This document shows positions 1-12,869 of a stretch of DNA of 64,000 bases, piece after piece (position 1 is the stretch's first letter; every line of letters starts with the position of its first letter). Under the pieces are notes generated by a model. The model was not told the DNA's origin. It saw only the letters and a program-made list of their open reading frames with translations, and made no database searches. The stretch is from the NCBI RefSeq assembly GCF_009914755.1, contig NC_060930.1, one strand, 5' to 3'. The translations under genes and the position numbers were made by a program. The stretch comes from the human T2T-CHM13v2.0 reference genome, Homo sapiens.

Positions 1-75
1 CTGTCCACATGCAGTCACATTCTGAGGTTCTGAGGGTTAGGACTTCAACATATAAATTTGGAGGTAACACAAAAA
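1..75 (-). mobile_element. MLT1A/B-type MaLR LTR end, truncated by the window edge
   Basis: cagtcacattctgaggttctgagggttaggacttcaacatataaatttggagg is the reverse complement of the MLT1A/B 5' end (recalled consensus). Confidence 0.7.
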
Positions 76-289
76 CTAGGGAGGGACATAATATAACCCG
101 TAGCAATTTTTATTATCTTATTTACAACAGAATATGTATATCCTTTTATATTATTATTAAAGGACACTTTATATATTCCTCTTTAGATTATTCTAACATT
201 TTACACTTACTTATTTGATTGTAACAATAACTAGCAGTTAATATTTAAAGCTTACCATCTGGTGTAACAATAATGATTTTATATTAATT

Positions 290-440
290 ATGGCATTTAA
301 GCCTCGTAGTGACCATAAGAGCCAGCTACTGCTATTATTCCTATTGCACTGGTGAGAAAACTGAGATTAAGAGTTGTTTGTTGACTTGTAAAGTTACATG
401 ACTGCTTAGTGGAGAGACCAGATTGTAGTCCAGGCCCTTT
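290..440 (-). mobile_element. MIR SINE fragment
   Basis: gagaaaactgagattaagag...gacttgtaaagttacatgactgcttagtggagagaccagatt resembles the antisense MIR core. Confidence 0.65.
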
Positions 441-3400
441 GCCTGCAAAGCAGCCCTGTGAAATCGGTATTGCAGGTACTATGTAATTTCTTGGGGGTTG
501 CAGGGTATGAATTGTTCCCTTATCATATTTTGAATTCTTATATGGCAGGTCCATTTATTCATCTTTGATGCTAAAATTCTAGCCTGGCAAAGAGTTGGTG
601 TTCAGTACACTATTGACTTGATGCTGATTAGTTTTAACCATCGTTATTTTCTTTTAAGAAATAAAGAGATACTGGATAAGTAACCGCGACGTATTCAACC
701 TAGCATCCCAAAGTAGTTTAGCTACAGGGAGCATATAGCATATCAGTAAACATTTTGTTGAACTTGAAAGCAGGGTGCTTCATAGATGTTTGAATCAAGC
801 CAAATTAAGAGATTGAACTGTTTGCCTAAAGCGACCCAGTTAACTGGTGACCAATTTAACAGCAAAACAAAACAAAAACACTAGGACTTTATTCCATTTC
901 TAGTCCAGTTACTTTACTTTTACATCTAAATGCTCCATTTATGAGTGAAGTCACCTAGTAAAGTTTGTAGGATAGAGAAACCGATAGTGTCTACTATTTT
1001 TTTAAAATGGCTTGTGAGGTTTCCTTCAAAAAGAGAATCACAACTCACAGCTTTTCTTTTCTGGCAATCAGATATTTATTTAATAACACAGAGCCAGCTT
1101 GAGATGAAAGCAATTTAGTGCTGTCTTTAGAATGGCCACAGCAGCATATTCTTTATTTTATAAGAAAAAAATACTTGATTGGGCAAGCAATTAATATTAT
1201 ATATGCCTGCATACTGTAAGATAGCGAATGCACCTGTGCGTTGAAGGCTGTTTCGCTGTAACACCTACCCATTGTGCTTTCACATTTTGGCCAGTTTCAG
1301 CTTTAGCTTTGAATGGAAAGCCCTGGGGTCTCAGTGTGCTTTCCATTAGAATCCAATTCATCTTTGTTTCCCTCCTTCAGCCATCTGGTTACTACTGTGA
1401 GTAAATGGGAATTGGGATGCTTTATCAAAGCACAGAATGATGAAATCCCAAGCACCTCAAATGGTTCCTAGCTTTTCCACTTAGAAATCACAAGCAATCC
1501 ATTCCCTCTTTTTGCCCCTTTCCTCATAGCCGTGCCACATGTTATCTTAACAGGCTTTCTTTGACTTTCTAGCTTGTAAAAATAAGATAGAGGTAATTTC
1601 TTAAACACTTCTCATACTCAAATAATCACAGAGATGTTTCACCTAATTCTATGTAGGTAGCTTCAATGCACGTATCTGTGTAAGATGTACACATTTTTTC
1701 CTTTTTATTAAGTTTTATGCTGCATGCAATACTAACTGATTCTGCCACTCACCGTGTACATCTTTTTAAATAAAAAATTTTATTTCTTTACCATTTAATG
1801 TGCTTATCTGCAATGTGGAGACAGTAAGTCTGAATTATTTCAGTGGTAACCTGGGAAAATAATTTAGTTTGGAAAGAATTTTGAGTTTTCCTGCTGAAAG
1901 ATTTTATAATTGATATTACTTTTATTTCCATCAACAGAATGCTGAAAGTTATAAGAAAAAAAAATTTAAGTGAAAAAGGTCCGAGCCTCATGCTCACCTC
2001 TTCAAGCATAATTCTGTTTCATCAAACTTGCCTCACATTCACTTCTGTATGTGATTGGACCACAGAAAGCAGAGACTCCACAAACTCATTACAATCAAAT
2101 GGGACTTGAATTCTCTTGTCTAATGTCATAATAAGCAATTATGAGCATCTTCTCAGCATTCAAATTCGGGTAATGGTGAAGCCCTAGAGAGGCATTAGAT
2201 GCTGGCAGACTCTGGCTGATGGAATGTGCATATGCTCAATGGTTCCCTAAAGGCAGAATGGGGAGCTAGATGCCAGGGCAGATTGCCCTCAGTATTTAGG
2301 GTAGACACTACCTTCAATTATGACTTGTGTTTTATAATCAGGGCAGTTATAATAATATGTGTGTTCATTCTGGAGAACTCATTGTGGCAACAGAACGAAC
2401 AGCATTTTCTGTCTATTTCCCATTTTCATTGGAGAATAGCAAATGAATTTCTTCTTTCAACTTCACATTTTCCTGATGAAGTCTGGGAAAATATTGGTTG
2501 CTACTATATGTTATTATTTCATTTTAAGTTAAATCTCCTTTTGTCGACTCTGGGAAAGGTAGCAGATTTTATATTATCAGTGGAACACTTTGCAGTGATA
2601 ATTAGATAAATAAACACTTGCCACCCTAAGGAAGTAGTGCCTCTTAATTATTAGAAATTTTCCCTCCAAACAAATTAGTTACTAAATTGTAGTACTCTCT
2701 TCTGCTGAGCCTTTGCAGCAAAATGTGATGCCCTCTGTCTTTTTTTCACAAAACCAGATGACTGTTAAGGGATATTACTGCTTGACAATATATGATTCAG
2801 TAAAATAATTATCAAGTGACATTTATACATATTGTAAAATCTTTACATTGGAGATCTTTGGAAGAAAGTACCTTTCATATGTATCAGCCTAGATAGTACA
2901 AGAAACATAGGATGTTGGACCAAGTTAAAGAGCTCTGAAAAAATATCAGTTTTTTTTTAACTGTGAAGAAAAACATAGAGAAGTAGGGATGTTCTGCAGG
3001 AATTATTGACATTATTTTTATATATGCATAATTTTTACCTTTTTCAGTTCCAAAAACTATTTAAAAGCATATAATACACATAGAAAAGTAAACTATTATA
3101 GATACACTAAATGTGTAGACCAAGCCCTAAAGCTTCAATACTTAAAGATGTTACATCTATTATGTGGTCCATTTTTCCCCCGGCAAAATCAATGTAGTTA
3201 TTTCATTTGTCTCAACAACCAAATTACCCTGATGCATGGTTGATCTGATCCATGATGGATCGGATTCCAGCATCAATTATTGGAATGGTCCACATTCTGA
3301 TGTGGCTATCCCATGCAGATGTTGTCAAAGTGCCCTGTGAACCAAACCTCAGTGGCATCTCAAATAGATTGCTTTGATGCATACACATCAGAAATCCTTT

Positions 3401-5446
3401 CTGACTCTTCAGATCATCAAGGTAAGCTATTTTAAGAATGTTTTACCTAGCAATGACTATTTTCTCATTTGGTATCTTACCTTATTCAGATATTATAGTC
3501 TCTCTAGGTTTACAAAGACAGTTGCCAATAAAAGGACTAGCAACTGTTTTTGCAACATTTCCTTCCTTTATAAAATCAGATGTAGGAAATTTCATAGCAT
3601 GTGGACAGAGAAATGAATAAAAATATATAAGCAGTCCCAAACACATTACATTGAAATTATTTTTGAATTACAAAAAAAAAAAAGAAGGTTTACTTTAGTT
3701 TCAAATTAGCACAGAATTCATGGTAACATTTATTTATTGAATTAGGCTTAAGAATAGGGTGTAAGGATTACAAATAAACTAATCAACAACAAACAATCAA
3801 GTAATGACGGGAGACTGGACACAGTTAAAGAGTTGTCTGGAGTTCAGAAGGCCTGCTTTGCACATCTGCTTTCATAGTTCTGATTCCCTCTGTAATGACT
3901 GCGGCCCTCTGTTTCCATCTGATATCGAACGCTAGTAACACTGAGAAGGAAGCAGAAAACAATGCTCCCAAGTGCGAGAAAGAGTGAGTTTTTTCATGCT
4001 TTTAGCAATGTGACCTTAGGTATTGATTTATAGCCTGCCGCAGCACCCCAGAGCAAAAGGGAACATTGGTAATTAAGTCAGTATCTGCACTTTCTAAAAT
4101 AGTGCTGACTTGCCACAAAGAGAGCCCCTTTATTTTTCCTCTCTGTCTCCCAGTGAATGCAGATGCAGGCACTGACCTCTGACCTTTCTCCAAATTCTCT
4201 AGCTGCAGCTGTTATTTTTCTTTCTTGGGACCTTTAGCTGCTGATAGACTGGTAAGATTCCTTAAATTGTGTGTGTGACTTTCTTTTAAGCAAACATGAA
4301 ACAATGTGTACCTCAAGCTTTACTTATAAAATATATCTTTATTGAGCTCAGAATGAAGGTAAATACTTTTACTTGGGCACCTATTAGAGATTTGCCAGAT
4401 AAGTACCTATGCCCATTGACCATATTCAGAATGCACAGACATTTTTTGGAAGAATTTTATATTTAAACAGAACTTTCCATTGTAAAACTCCCAAGCTTGT
4501 AAAGTGTATTGAGTCAGAAATATCGTTGTATTCCATTAGAGTCATTACTGAAATAGGGCCACAAAAGGTAACAGCAATAAAACCAAATACCTTAAGGTAT
4601 ATATGCAAATTATACGCTAATATATGGTAATATGAGTACCATGTTCAGTGGCCATAAAAAATACTAAATATGGCTAATTAAAGGTAGGTACTTTGCTGTG
4701 TTTTATACTTCACAGCAATGTGAGAGAGGTAGACTATTATGATAATGACAGCATTGCTTGCTTTGGGGATCACATCCAACATTTTAACACTATTTCTTAT
4801 TCTGGTGTATTTGTCTATTTCACTGAATGGAATCACTTTTTCTGTTCTCCACCCTAGGTCTTAGATTCATGAAGTTAGTGAAAAACTAAGTAACAAATTG
4901 AGTCTTTAGCCTCAAGGAAAACAAATACTTTTCTCCCTAGAAACTTCGGAAGTGTGGTACCCACCTAACGCTCCTCTGAAAATAAGTGCCCCCGACTGGG
5001 ATAATGGGGTTCAGAAGTCAGCCACACTGAAAATCTGGGTAAAAGGAGCCAAGAATTCTCAGCATACTTGGGAAATGCAAATAATATTTCTCCCAGAAAT
5101 GCACTTCAATATCAAGGATTTTTTCTTACAGTGAACTCAACAGAATATAATTTTCTTTTTAATTCTAAAAAAAAAATCCTAAGGGAATGAAAAAAAGCAA
5201 CAACATTCATAAAAGGACATAAAGTGAATGTGAAATCTACCTGCTTGAAAAATATCTGATTTTTCTTATTTAACTAAATAAGTCATGTGTGTGTATTCAA
5301 TATGCTAATAGGACTTTAGCCCCCTAAAATACTTTTGCCCCATTATACTAAATACATACTTTATCAGTAGATGCTTGCCTGAAAATTACCTGAATTAGGC
5401 GAAAAATCCACTTGAAACCAATTTACCAACTTACTCATGAAATTTA

Positions 5447-5966
5447 TGTTGTAGTTTCTTTCCCACAGCTGCTGTAACACATTACTACAAACTTAGTAGC
5501 TTCAAACAACACACATTTCTTATCTCAGACACCACTTTGGAGGTCAGAAATTCAACACAGATCTCACTGGCAAAACTCAAGGTGTCGGCAGGGCTTCAGT
5601 CCTTTCTAGAGGCCGTAGAGGATAATTCGGGCCCTTGCTTTTTCCACCTTCTAGGATCCACCTGTATTCCTGGGCTTGTGGCCCCTTCCTCTGTCTTCCA
5701 AGACAGCAAGAGCCTGTTGAGTTCCTCTGAGGGACTCTGACCTTCTCTTCTGCCTCTCTCTTTCACGTCTAAGGAGCATAGTGATTACATTGTCTCCCCT
5801 AGATAATTTGAGATAATCTCCCTATTCTTAAAAATCAGGTGATTAGCAACCTTCATTCTATCTGCAATTCCCATGTGCCATGTGGTGCAACATATTCACT
5901 TGCTGTGGGGATTAGGATATGGAAATTTTTGGAGGTAGGGGAATGTGCATTATTCTACCTGCCACC
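5447..5966 (-). mobile_element. MLT1C/D MaLR solo LTR
   Basis: gctgctgtaacacattactacaaacttagtagcttcaaacaacac...aaggtgtcggcagggc...ggattaggatatgg...attattctacctgccac. Confidence 0.85.
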
Positions 5967-5999
5967 CTGGCACATGTGTATCAGGAGTGGATTCAGATA

Positions 6000-6830
6000 T
6001 GATCAAGCTATGTCCTACCTTCCATGATTTCATAGCCTATCCCAGGAAATGGACATGCAAACAAATACCTGTCATACAGTTTAATGAGTAGTAATAATAG
6101 AAGCATCTACATGGTCCACTGGTAAAGGAAGAAGTGCCAAATTTAACTTTGTGAATCATAAACAATTTAAAAGAAAACCAGAGAATTTACTGAAATTTTG
6201 AAGAATGATAAAATTTCTGCAAAGATGTCCGGTGGATGAGGATTCAAGGAAAAGATAAAAGTACAGGGTACAGGACAGTAGTATGAGGAGCCTAGAGGTT
6301 GGAAGGCTGAGCAGAAGCAAGGATTTATAGTTCATTCATTTTTATATTGTGTTTGATAAGAAACCATGTATAGTTTTTGAACAGTATAGGCATCATATGC
6401 AGTATGTGTGTTAGGAAGGTTATATTATACTGACAATGTAGAGGGGAGTTTATAGAGAAACTTACCTGGCATTGAGCACCTTACCAAGGAGATGATTGCA
6501 ATCCTCCAGGAAAAAAGTATGGTACTGACCTAAACTGAGTCAGGGGCAGTGAGGATGGAGGGGGAGAGATGGATTTGAGAGCAATGGAAGGATTTGCTGA
6601 GTGATTGGATATAAAGCCTAGGAGGGAAAATCAGTCAAAGATCCCTTCTGGTTCCTGCCTGGGGTAACTAGTTAGATGGAAATAGCATTAACCAGGATAA
6701 GAGTTACAAGAGGTTAAGTAGTGAAGGAGAAAAAGAAAATTGCTTCATCCTGGATATAACGACTTAAAGTGCTTGTGGGAGGATGTTGAGAATCCATCTT
6801 TACAACAATGAAAGTGAAGAGATCTGGGTT
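6000..6830 (-). mobile_element. L2 LINE fragment
   Basis: Antisense L2 motifs ggcagtgaggatggagggggagagatggatttgagag, ggatttgctgagtgattggat, agtcaaagat; boundaries approximate. Confidence 0.7.
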
Positions 6831-7359
6831 ATTTTGTTGATTTTAAGCCTAGAGAAAATCCCCCAAATTGTAATCTTAGTCCAGTTGAATGAAGAGGTTC
6901 TTTGGGAATGGGATGACATGTACAGAAGGGGTCCATGAACAAGGATGGGAAAGGAGACATGGCACAGAGCATGATGAATAATGTCATGAGGGAGAAAGCC
7001 AAGGAATGCACAAAAATGTTAAGGATAACTAAAGCACTTTCTAATGTACATTTAGAACAAAGAGAAGGTAGGTGAAAGGCAGGCTGTATATAATATTTGA
7101 AAATGACACTGAGCAAGCGAAGATTACAGTGGTTTTTCTTCTTTCTTCAAGAGAATGATCCTCAGATTAAAAATGGGTATAACAAACATGGTAAAGAGGA
7201 AATTGGATCCAAGGAGATCCAAAGAGAGAGATACTTAAATAACATCTGTTTTTTTTAAATGTGTTCCTGTCTTTAGACTGAGATTAGGGGGTCCAGGATA
7301 CCAAAATAATTTCCAGATGTTATCACAAGCATCATTACTCATAATCTCTGAGTAGTTAT

Positions 7360-7782
7360 TGTACTAGGCCATTATTGCATTGCTACAAAGAAACACCTGA
7401 GACTGGGTAATTTATAAAGAAAAGAGGCTTAATCGGCTCATGGTTCTGCAGGCTGTGCAGGAGGTATAGTGTCATCTGCTTCTGGGTAGGCTTTAGGAAG
7501 CTTCCAATCATGGCAGAAGGCAAAAGGGGAGCAGGCTCTCATGTGGCAAAAGCAGGAGCAAGAGAGAGAGAGAGAGAACGAGGTGCCACACAGTTTTAAA
7601 CAGCCAGATATCATGAGAAGTCACTCACTATGGCAAAGACAGCACCAAGGGGATGAAGCTTAAACATTTCATGAGAAATCCTCCCCTATGATCCAATTAC
7701 CTACCACCAGGCCCCACCTCCAATACTGGGGATTGCAATTCAACATGAGATTTGGGTGGGGGCACATATTCAAACTATATCA
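7360..7782 (-). mobile_element. MSTA MaLR solo LTR
   Basis: TG...CA termini; cctgagactgggtaatttataaagaaaagagg; perfect 5-bp TSD gttat (7355-7359 / 7783-7787). Confidence 0.92.
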
Positions 7783-8546
7783 GTTATGAACAGGTGAAGT
7801 GCCAGAAGACTGGTGTCTACATGGTAAGGATGCAATCATCAGGAGGTTACAGGTTGGTAATCTTCTGCTTGACTCCTGGCAAATTCTAGAACGGAGTACT
7901 CAATTTTTAGTGTTAAGAAGATGGCCACAAGAAGGGGTTAACAAAAACACATTAATAGGAATTCATTTCATTTATATTTTCTTTTTTCAGGGAATAAATG
8001 TTTAGGGAAAGCTAACAAATTGGAACAGGAACAAAATGAAATAAATATTTCAGTTTTGAAATAATAGACCCAAATCAACATGTTGAAATGTACAGGGCCA
8101 AATGTAAAATCTTATGCTTAGGTTGAAAAGAATCAAATCAACTATGCCAGTTGGAAGATATTGAGGATCCAGCATTATAACAGTTAAAGTTAAAAGATCT
8201 AGGCTATTTGGTTAATTGTACCTTTCAAGAGGATATCTCAAATTGTAACCTAGTATAGACACGTATCACCTCAAACAAGAAAGATAACAGCTGTAGCTCT
8301 CCTGGCAAAAGTCCCATTTTGAGTATTGAGTGGTCTTTTATGTATTGTACTTAAAGGGGGCAAAAACTAAAAGAAAGGAAACTCTCAGTATATGGAAATC
8401 ATGTCAAATGATTAGAAGTTGAAGGAGCTAATTATAATGCTTAGGCCAAAAGAGACATATTATGTCTTTGAGTATTTGAAGACATAATATGAGATTGGGT
8501 TCCTAATTATCTTTAGCTCTAGAAGCTGAAATTACTACAATGAGGT

Positions 8547-9153
8547 TGTAGGAGAGAAAAAAATATCTGTTGCTCTACCTATCCTAGGTTCATGGCTAAG
8601 ATCCCTGTAATAATAATAATTTATATATATAATATATATTGATATGATAGATATAATATTATATATATATATATACATCAAGACAGATTAACAAGAGAAA
8701 AGGAGACAGATTTATTTACTATAATATTTACATATCCTGGGAATCTTCATAAGGAAATGAAGGCCCAAAGAAACAGTTAAACCTGAGTATATATTATGGC
8801 AGTTTGATGGAGAGTAGAGAGTGTTGGAGAAATATGATAGGGTAAAGTGTATGGTTTAATAGTAACATATTAGGAGAAGCTTGGAAAGGCCCCTGCATTC
8901 AGTTTCTTCTGTGTCGTCAGTTCATCTTCAGAGATCAGACATCAGACTATGGTCCTTTTCTCAGGGTATAGAGAGGACACCTCTCACACAAAGGTCTTTT
9001 GAACTCCTTCAGGGCAAGAGCAGAAAATCCTTCCTAGGTTTTATGACCCATATCAGGGAAGAAGGATAGGAGGTCAGAGAGTCCATCTGCTTCTGCCGTT
9101 TTTCAGTATGTCACGGTGCCATATTTTGGCATAGTGTATCCTGAACCCCATTA
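8547..9153 (-). mobile_element. MER31-type ERV1 solo LTR with an internal AT-rich microsatellite
   Basis: aagacagattaacaagagaaaa and ggtgccatattttggcatagtgtatcctgaacccca match MER31 ends; imperfect 4-bp TSD aggt/tggt; (TA)n at about 8606-8675. Confidence 0.75.
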
Positions 9154-9369
9154 TGGTATAGTTAAACACAACATTAAAATAACTTTAAAAAATAGATCTT
9201 CTAATAAAATTAATCAGCTGCCTGATGAGAAATATGGTTCTCAATAACAATCCTCAAATACAAACTAAGTGACACTTTGTTAGGGATATTGAAAAGGAAG
9301 TGCCAACATCAGGTAGGAGTTTGAAATACATCGGTTTTTCCTACATTTTAAACGTGAATATCCATTTTA

Positions 9370-9690
<321 letters not shown>

Positions 9691-9884
9691 TTACATAAGA
9701 AAATATATAGAGTAATAGTAAAAAACATTTTATTTGGGTCCAGAACTATTGTCATATAAGTATTATTGAAATGACTCAAATGTATCTTTATACTTTTACA
9801 AAAATAGAATTCTCAAGACATATTTATTCCTCAGAAAATATCTGCTGCTTCTTTGAATTCACAACTCTCTGAAATAATTTTGTA

Positions 9885-10035
9885 TTCTCAAATGTTTCCA
9901 GGGTCCACATTGAAAACTGAACAAGATAATAAAATTATGATTCACTAGGGCTGCATAGGGCCTGAGAATCTGCATTTGAACAGGCTCCAAGGTGGCTGAT
10001 GCTGGAGATTTGCATCATATTTTGAGTGTCCATCA
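9885..10035. mobile_element. MER5-type hAT-Charlie MITE remnant
   Basis: gggcctgagaatctgcatttgaacaggctccaaggtggctgatgctg. Confidence 0.65.
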
Positions 10036-10204
10036 AGTATCTTCCAGGTTTAAAGTCTGTTTTATTGTGTCTCATTTGTATCCAAACCTAGAGCTGATAC
10101 TGTTTCCATTGATAATTTATAGCCTAGTCCCCTGGCCTACTCTGAATCCTCACTATAGCATTTACTCAAGCTCTGTGATGTTGAAAACATTCCCTAAAAT
10201 TTCT

Positions 10205-10310
10205 GGTTCCTTCATGAGATGAATATACAAGAATTAAATGAAATAATGTACGTACTGTGCTGAGAGTAGTACCTGACATAAAACATTCATTCAAAAGTTA
10301 TGGCTATTGA
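10205..10310 (+). mobile_element. MIR 3' fragment
   Basis: gaattaaatgaaataatgtacgt...agtacctgacata. Confidence 0.55.
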
Positions 10311-12869
10311 TAATTTCAATGGCAACGTATGTAAAGGTGGTGATGAGAAATTAAATGGAATGAGAATACAGACATTTTCTCCCATAAAGCAATGTGTTTC
10401 CTGAGAAATTGCACATTAAAAATAATAGAGTTTAGGCAAACAGACCACTCCAATTAACCCTTGTGATCAAAGCACTAGAAAACAAACAACAAAAAAGATG
10501 ATTATGATGTTATGATGACGCATACCTGGAGAATTAATTTAGATGGCCCAGGCAGATAGTTCAGCATTGTTAAAAGCTGCCTCAGTGGATATTAAAACTC
10601 AGCAAAAGTGAATACAGTCAAAATATTGACAGTCCTTTAATTAGAGCAGCATAGGTGGATGTGGAGAGTCTGCAATAGTAAGGCTTCCCTTAAGATAGGC
10701 AAAAGAGTGAGCAAGGTGAGATACCTGGAGTTCCAAGCCCTATAGAACTGGCCTGGGCTCTTACATTCCTTCCAACATAATTGAAGAGACAGCTAAACAG
10801 ATGCTTTTGTGTTTCCTCCTGAAGATGGTAATTCCACTCTTGCTATTTTGCACCTTTCCTTGCCTGAGGGGTGAGGAGGCCAGGAATCAAAATCAAATAT
10901 AAACCAACCTGACTCCTGCATTTCACCAAATCATTCCCCTTGACATTGCCAAACTAGTTACTAAGTTTAGTAACTGCAGCAGAACAGAATGTCCTGGGTT
11001 TTGTAGTCTACATCTTATCTGGAAGGCACTGAGAAGGAATATTTCCTCTAACCCTCTTGGATTCTCTGATATCCAGATGAATAGAAGATGATCTAAGTTA
11101 CCGTGGTGGAGAAAACTTTGCAAACTCTTGAGGAATAAAAGCAAAGGGGCAAAACAGCCAGAAGCAGAAGGTATTAGTTAAATATCTCCCTTACATCCTC
11201 CATCTTATGGTGCTCTCCTCATAGATGAAGACTGAGCTCAGTTATGAAGCATTTTCTCCTAGTTTAAACCTATTCCTAAGCCACCTCTCCCCATCCCACG
11301 ATACAGCTTCTGTGGACGATAGCAACGTGAACTGGGCAAGCAAGCATCTTCAAAGAGAGCTGAGAGGATCAGGTGCAACTTTTTGGTTGGCGACCTCATT
11401 CCTTTGGGAAGAAATGGATAAAAAAAATCAAAGAGAGGCTGCAGTTCTTGGCCTGGTATCTGGGCTAACTGTAGCTTTACGGCTCTGCCTTGATGTGTGT
11501 TTAAGCAGCAGCAGCCTGCAGTCTGGCACAAGGAGGATTTTTCCTCCACTTGTTTTATTCTAAATAGTTTTCAAAAGCTCCTGTGGAACACAGACTGTGG
11601 CTTTGATCTGGCCAACTTCTTCAGTACTGACGTTCCCATGAAAAACCCCAGCTCAGACCAGCTTCAGCCACTTTTAAAATTCTCATTTAAATTCAAATTC
11701 CCCCTAATCTTAACAGGCGAGAGGTAGACGAAGAGCAAGAAAGCGAGATGCCTCTCATGTGTCCACACAGCCCTCAGATCAAATAGATGCACCTAGGCAG
11801 CAGGGAGGGTGTAGAGATCCCAGAAGAAAATAGCAAAATACTTGATGTGGGCCATGTACCTCCTAGACCAGGGCTTCTGACTGACACTCGGCTCACATCA
11901 AACAGCAATGTATTTATGAAAGCTCCCTTTAAGATCTCTGAATGTTTTATGCCATATTTTTGGTTAAAATAGAAATAAAAGGCTTGATGTAGTGTGCAGT
12001 GTTTACAGAAAGAAGCATCATTTGCTTGGGTTCGTTTCATGGGCATTCCTGAAAGTTTATTAGTAGATTTTACTTTTTCCACCTCTATCCCCACAGCCTC
12101 CTCCAAGTTTACAATCAAAGATCGTCCCTTGTTCTTGGTAATTTGAGGAATCTTACCAACCTTAAAGATGCAGGGAGGTATTTGGAATTTATATGAACTG
12201 ACAGAAGATTCACACTTTTTCAAGGATGTCGTGCAGGAAATATACAATCCCTTTTCTGCCTTTCCTCTCTTGCCCCAGGGAAGAGGGCCTGATCTCCCAT
12301 TTGCCTTCTTTGGTATACAATATGGTTACTTCTGGTTTTACATTGAGCCCTCCACCACCACCCCCAACCCCTAACTCACTCCACTATGAATTTGGTAATT
12401 TTTGATCACTCTGTATCTGCAGTAGAAGGCTTCTTAGCTAACCACTTGAGTAGAGTGACCTTGACTTATTCTGTGAACTCAGTTCTGGACTTATTCTGGA
12501 ATAAGTCAGGACTGGACTCAGCTCCAGAATTTCCTCTAGTCTAGGCTCACTGGTCTTTCCACCATGACTGGGGCTGACTTTCATCTACCTTCTAGCTACT
12601 TCATGAGTTGCTTTTGGAGAAATAATATGGGATAGACTTTCTTGGCCAAAAATCCAATTTCTCCAGGAGAAAAGTTGACAAAGCACAAGCTAACAATAAG
12701 TAGATTTTATCACTGATCTTTGAGATACGTTAGGGACACATTATGGTTTTCTAAGTTGCTACTCATTTGATCCAAAATTCACAGCTAAGAAAATATATAT
12801 CATCCAGTGATCTGGGAAAGTACGATTCTACAACCTATTATTTTCTGAAATTATTCTTTCCTTTCTGCT

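Larger units (their letters stand above)
7270..9340 (+). mobile_element. L3/CR1 LINE remnant, interrupted by MSTA and MER31 LTRs
   Basis: CR1 ORF2-like gtgccagaagactgg, cctggcaaattctagaac, aaatgtaaaatcttatgcttaggtt, aaagatctagg; a 3' end-like gttagggatattgaaaaggaag follows the MER31. Confidence 0.65.

Noticed and set aside
6460-6470. Consensus minus-strand donor (acttacctg) and similar isolated splice motifs
   Set aside because: Inside an L2, with no paired acceptor identified; expected by chance in 64 kb
11774-12247. 157-aa minus-strand ORF
   Set aside because: No recognisable homology or exon structure; plausible by chance
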